Below, in pieces: positions 62,425 through 64,000 of a stretch of DNA of 64,000 nt. The notes below the pieces were generated by a model. That model was not told the DNA's origin. It saw nothing but the letters and a program-made list of their open reading frames with translations, and made no database searches. Made by a program: the position numbers and the translations under genes. The first letter of the stretch is position 1, and the number at the start of each line of letters is the position of its first letter. The stretch spans positions 3,782,001-3,846,000 of the forward strand of contig NC_043022.1 of NCBI RefSeq assembly GCF_006345805.1, read 5' to 3'. This DNA is from Octopus sinensis (Eukaryota).

Positions 62425-62770
62425 GATGTGTGTGCGTATGTGTTGGTGTGTGTGGTTGGGTGTTGATGTATGTGTGTGTATGTGTGTTGGTGTGTGTGTG
62501 TTTGTATGTTGGTGTGTGTGTGTGTTAGTGTGTTGGTATGTGTGTGGATGTTGGTGTATGTGTGTTGGTGTGTGTGTGTATGTGTTGGTGTGTGTGTGCT
62601 TGTGTGTGTGTGTGCTGGTGTGTGTGTATGTTAGTGTGTTGGTATGTGTGTGTGGATGTTGGAGTATGTGTGTTGGTGTGTGTGTGTGTATGTGTTGGTG
62701 TGTGTGTGTGTATGTGTTGGTGTGTGTGTGCTTGTGTGTGTATGTATGTTGGTGTGTGTGTGTGTGTATA
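62425..62770. repeat. degenerate (TG)n/TGTTGG field
   Basis: Directly visible. Confidence 0.95.
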
Positions 62771-62976
62771 CAATCTTGAAGTAATTTCTTCCTAAGAAAA
62801 TAAAAAACCTTCCAAGTAACAGGTAAGATTTCAACAACAAAGGACTCAATACACATGTAGAATCCAAACCGTCCACAGAGAACAACCAACCAAACACAAG
62901 ATGGAACTGACAACAGTGACTTTGAAGTTTTACCAGCAATTGGTGTGAGCGGGTGGTTAGTTAAACTATTGGATGA

Positions 62977-63362
62977 TGGATGGAAGCACTCCGTCGGTTA
63001 CGACGACGAGGGTTCCGGTTGATCCGAATCAACGGAACAGCCTGCTCGTGAAATTTTCGTGTAAGTGGCTGAGCACTCCACAGACATGTGTACCCTTAAC
63101 GTAGTTCTCGGGGATATTCAGCGTAACATAGAGAGTGACAAGGCCGGCCCTTTGAAATACAGGTACAACAGAAACAGGAAGTAAGAGTGAGAGAAAGTTG
63201 TGGTGAAAGAGTACAGCAGGGATCACCACCATCCCCTGCCAGAGCCTCGTGGAGCTTTAGGTGTTTTCGCTCAATAAACACTCACAACGCCCGGTCTGGG
63301 AATCGAAACCGTGATCCTATGACCGCGAGTCCGCTGCCCTAACCACTGGGCCATTGCGCCTC
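62977..63362 (-). mobile_element. SINE family C
   Basis: 11-bp TSD CTATTGGATGA. Confidence 0.92.
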
Positions 63363-63665
63363 CTATTGGATGAAATGCAAGAGAGAGAGAGAGGATGTGT
63401 GTCTGTGTGTGTCTGTGTCTGTGTGTGCGCTGTACAAATCAAAAACATTTAAATAACAAAACCATTACCCAGAATATTGAAAGATTTATCAAAAATCAGT
63501 TTATTTATTTAAAAAAAAAGGAAAAAAAGTGAACAAAGAATCAATTTTACAAATGAATTTGTCAACAAACGGAGGACCCTCTCCAGTAATAGAAAATGTA
63601 GGGTGATTAATTAACAACAGTGATAATTAACAACATTCGTGATGAAAGTGGTTTCATGAAACAGC

Positions 63666-63700
<35 letters not shown>

Positions 63701-64000
63701 CAATAATAACAATAATAATAATGTAGCAGGCCATGTAGTGGATCTCTCTGGCAAATCGCTTCAAAATGATTCCCTTCATTGGTTTTTCATGGAGAACTTG
63801 TCATGTTTCATTAAAAAAAGGCAAACGCAACATACGCATATACACACACATATATATATATATGTGGTGGGGAGGGCTATGTGTGTGTTGTATATGTGTG
63901 TGTATAATAAGTTCAATTCCTGGACCAACCTGTGTGTTGTGTTCTTGAGCAAGACACTTTATTTCACGTTGCTCCAGTTCACTCATCTGTAGAAATGAGT

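Overview
Eukaryotic, AT-rich, repeat-saturated genomic DNA. The SINE families and microsatellite load look like a coleoid cephalopod, probably Octopus (recognition, not a database result). There is a 100-N assembly gap at 14917-15016. No complete host gene can be supported, and almost all listed ORFs are translations of (TA)n/(TG)n/(TATG)n/(GAT)n/(CAC)n microsatellites or SINEs. Supported content: a young 5'-truncated CR1 LINE with an open RT frame plus a second 3' fragment; relics of RTE, Tx1/L1, RLE-type LINE, mariner, Tc1 and Merlin elements; at least four SINE-like families in dozens of copies; non-autonomous Helitrons including a head-to-tail triple; piggyBac-, hAT- and Tc1/mariner-type MITEs; minisatellites; long hairpins; and a few weak candidate host exons. 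Two observations stand out. (1) A TSD-flanked 18S-rRNA-derived insert ends in the same ACCUGA-loop hairpin as the local CR1 3' end. (2) There is a set of short elements, mostly embedded in (TA)n, carrying type I hammerhead ribozyme motifs: one fully canonical, the others with core variants and covarying stems.
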